In this document: in pieces, positions 60,880 through 64,000 of the stretch
Numbering within the stretch: the stretch's first letter is position 1
Layout: the number at the start of each line of letters is the position of its first letter
NCBI GenBank assembly: GCA_024679065.1
Contig: JAGIQG010000014.1
Location: forward strand, 6,758,001 to 6,822,000
DNA: 64,000 nt
DNA from: Sphyrna mokarran
Lineage: Eukaryota
Direction: 5' to 3'
The notes under the pieces: model-generated
What the model was told of the DNA's origin: nothing
Seen by the model: only the letters and a program-made list of their open reading frames with translations
Database searches by the model: none
Position numbers and translations under genes: made by a program

Positions 60880-62989
60880 TTTTGAATTTGTTCTAAGCAT
60901 GGCGTCAAATCAAAACAGCGACATCGAGAAAGACAGGAAATGTTGTATAAAACTTCTGGAGGACCATAGTATGTTAGTATTAAAATTTGTTGGTTATCCT
61001 CCCTTTCTGAATCAGTTTAATTCCAATGTTGCACCTCCCCCGCAAATACATCTATCCTTCGTTCTTCAGTTTTGCATTCATAAAGTTCGAACCTATCTTC
61101 CGTTTCACACAGTTTCTTACATTGCACTGCTAAAATGCACGTTAATGCTATCATCAAAATTCCCTTTGGCTTGCGTTCCGTGACGTATTTGGGAAATCTC
61201 TGTTAGCTGTCATCGACCACTGTACATCTCTTTTGATCCGTTATTTGCTGCAGAAGATTCATACTTATTATGTTGTTTTTGCTGCAGGTTTTTGCAAATG
61301 CACCATCAACGTGTTGAATGGTTGCAGCAAGAACTGTGTGAAAGGATGCAACAATTTATGTTACTGTACGTGAGATAGGAAAGACTCGGGAGGGATAAAT
61401 AGTGAAATTTCTTTGATTAAGACTCGGATTGATCTACCGACTTACACCTCTACCTTTTATGATTCACACAATTTAGAACACAGTTTACTGCATTGACACT
61501 CAAACCCATCGAACACCAAATAATACCCTTTCTGACACGCACAATCCGTCTCTGGTTCTTTGTTTCCCCAAAATTAATGCAATCTTCAAACCCGCCGAAG
61601 AAGGAGTGCAGACAGTGGGTAACAACAATTGTCATATCACACACTACTGGCAAGTGAAAGTCAGACGACTTCTAAAATGAAGTCAGTCTGTATGTGAGGG
61701 AAATGCACTGGAGAAGGTAAATTACCAAAGATCGGAATATGAAAATAAAAAAGGGAGTCATGCCTTTAGTCAAATAGTGAAGGCAGCTATGCTGCTTCAA
61801 ATTGGCCATAAAACATTAAACCAAGTGTTTCAATGTGCTACTCAGTGCATGGGCGCTGCTTTCAATTTCAGGAAACCACAAAAAATGAGCACGTTATTGG
61901 GTCATAACGTCCGTACAAAATCACGCCGTAAGGAGATTGTGCGTCGCACATCTGCGTCTTGTCAATACGGAAGTCCCATTGTGCACTGTAAAGGCGCCAT
62001 GTTCAAACCTTTGGGTGCCTTCATTTAATCGTTTTCAGGATTGGAGCGCTCTGCTGAAGTGACTGTGATGAGACAGCGCGAACTTCTCTTCCTGAAGGAA
62101 AAGTAATAGCTGAGGATTTGTGCCTGCTTATTTGCACTTTTATCTGCTTCTGTTGAAACGATTGGAAGAAGCACACATATTTCAGGTCAGTTTTTCTTTT
62201 CCTTTCTCGAACCACACAACAATCTAATTGACTGCTAAATGTTCTCTCAGGGGCCATTTGAGATGAACAGTAAATTGTATCCGAGGCCAACAGCTCCCCC
62301 GTCGCACAAATGGATAAAACCTACTCCCTTCCTTTATTCAATTTGCCATCATATGTGTGTAAGACCTGAGTCTTCCGGTTGGGTTTGACGTGTGTACTCA
62401 CTCTCTTCCTTATATTGATAATTTCTTGCAGAGATATTGCCCACATAATGGAGCGTGTTTTGGGGCAATTGTTTATTACAACGCCTAAATTACATTTTGA
62501 TTGTTTCATGTCTAGTTCAGTAATTTAACACGCACAGCCGCAGTGAAGGCCAGCCTGTGCACAACACTGGACAAGAAACATTCTTTTACTTTCTGGCAAA
62601 CTATTCCAAATAGAGGGGTTGAAGAAGTTTGACTGGTATTTATCCTGTATTTCCCTTTCATTGCTACAGCTGCCAAACTATATCAGCTATTATGTGCTGC
62701 TCAGTAATGCAAAAACAATGCAATCTCCTGGAAGAAGCGATTAATCATCTGGGTAAACTGCGCCTATTGACATTCTGCAGGTTCTGAATTGATATCAGGG
62801 CAATGCATGTTGACGAATTCAGATCAGGTGACGCATACGAGAAGAACTACAACAGGATAGATGAACGCAGACTACTTGGATGAACTGATGGATCGGAGAC
62901 AAATGACAAAGAGCGGAAAGATTATATTCATTTTAAGTACATTTGGCATTGATTTAGGGAATGACATTATGACACAAAAATCATCAGGT

Positions 62990-63825
62990 GGCACCTGCGA
63001 GTATCTGTGGTCTGATGCTGCCTGTAATCTGGCGCGTCAGTTGTAGTGCAAGGCACTAACTCTGTGTTACACAGCAACTGTAGTGTAAGTCAATCCACGA
63101 ATAAAGCAGTATCTGGTCTGAAACAATTGCGATAGTTTTAGAGGAAAAACTAGAGCAGTGTCCGGTAGTACTTGTGGTGTAATGCATTAGCTGCGGTGTA
63201 AGGCATAACCAGTTAAGGCACATGTGATTTAAGTCTGATCCAACAGTTTCAGAGGATAACTGATCTGCAAGGCAGAACTGTGGTGTAGCGTATTAACTTT
63301 CGTGCAAGGCATCATTTGTGAAATAAGGCAGTATCTGTGGTCCAAAGTGGAACATGTCGTGTAAGGCACTTCCTGCAGTTTAAGATATATCTGCGGCGCC
63401 AGGCAACGTATCTGTAGTAGATGGCACCAGTTATATAAACCTTTGATATAGTGCAGTACCTGCAATATAAGACACTAATGAAAAGCAGGCAGTTCCTCTG
63501 GTGAAGGCAGTATCTTTGGAGTGAGATATTGTCCGACGGTGTAAGACAGTACCATCTATGTGACATTTTCACTGCTCTGTGAGGAATTTCGTACAGTGAA
63601 GAGAGTATTTGGATTTGGAAGGTATACCTGTGGTGTAAAGCAATGCGTGCAGTGTAAGGGTGTGAGTATAATGCAATACAATACCTTTGGTGCAATCAGT
63701 TCCTGCGCTGGCAAAAAGCTCCCGTACTGTAAGGCCAAAGCTATGATGTAAGCAAGTGCATATGCGTAAGACAACACCTGTCTTTGCAACGCAACAACTG
63801 TGGTGTAAGGCAGTACTTGCCTGGT
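62990..63825. repeat. Degenerate 19-bp minisatellite, first block; implies a further B-type gene beyond the window
   Basis: Duplicate of 22190-23020. Confidence 0.8.
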
Positions 63826-64000
63826 TAAAATCCAGGTCAGAAATTTCATGTGTTTCATGGAGTCATAAAACCTTATGTTTTACGTTTTGAATTTGGTGCG
63901 GATAACTATGAGATGCTTCACCTCAGATATGAATTAAACGACAGACCAGTGAGGTGTAATCAGAAAATTTAATTCCAGTATACAGTTAACAGACAGAAAG

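Larger units (their letters stand above)
1..64000. repeat. Tandem segmental array of a 12.6-14.5 kb GPCR unit, arranged as a three-unit higher-order repeat
   Basis: Start codons at 1542, 16020, 29458, 42087 and 56572. Positions 1 to ~23190 recur at ~40552-64000 with an offset of about 40.5-40.8 kb and share unit-specific insertions. Confidence 0.95.

Overview
Vertebrate genomic DNA, most likely from a cartilaginous fish (inferred from HE1/V-SINE-type and CR1-type repeats and the receptor family). The whole window is a tandem array of a 12.6-14.5 kb unit. Each unit carries one minus-strand, two-exon orphan class A GPCR gene of the GPR139/GPR142-like group. Four complete genes are present (A 12124-16020, B 25519-29458, C 38147-42087, A' 52657-56572), plus the first coding exon of a fifth (C0, 1473-1542). 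The ORF track misses the real N-terminus: a 70-nt first coding exon (MARPxIL...FYPVLAAFGTP) splices across a ~2.9 kb phase-1 intron onto the long exon, giving 332-333 aa proteins. The units form a three-gene higher-order repeat (C-A-B-C-A) with an assembled offset of about 40.5 kb, which includes a 100-N gap at 36006-36105. Each unit also carries a tRNA-Thr(AGT)-derived pseudogene, a degenerate 19-bp minisatellite 3' of the receptor, a composite V-SINE with an unexplained ~140-nt 5' head, and decayed hAT, RTE and CR1 relics. Unit-specific CR1 and SINE insertions mark the paralog types. All alignments and translations were done by eye, so repeat boundaries are approximate.
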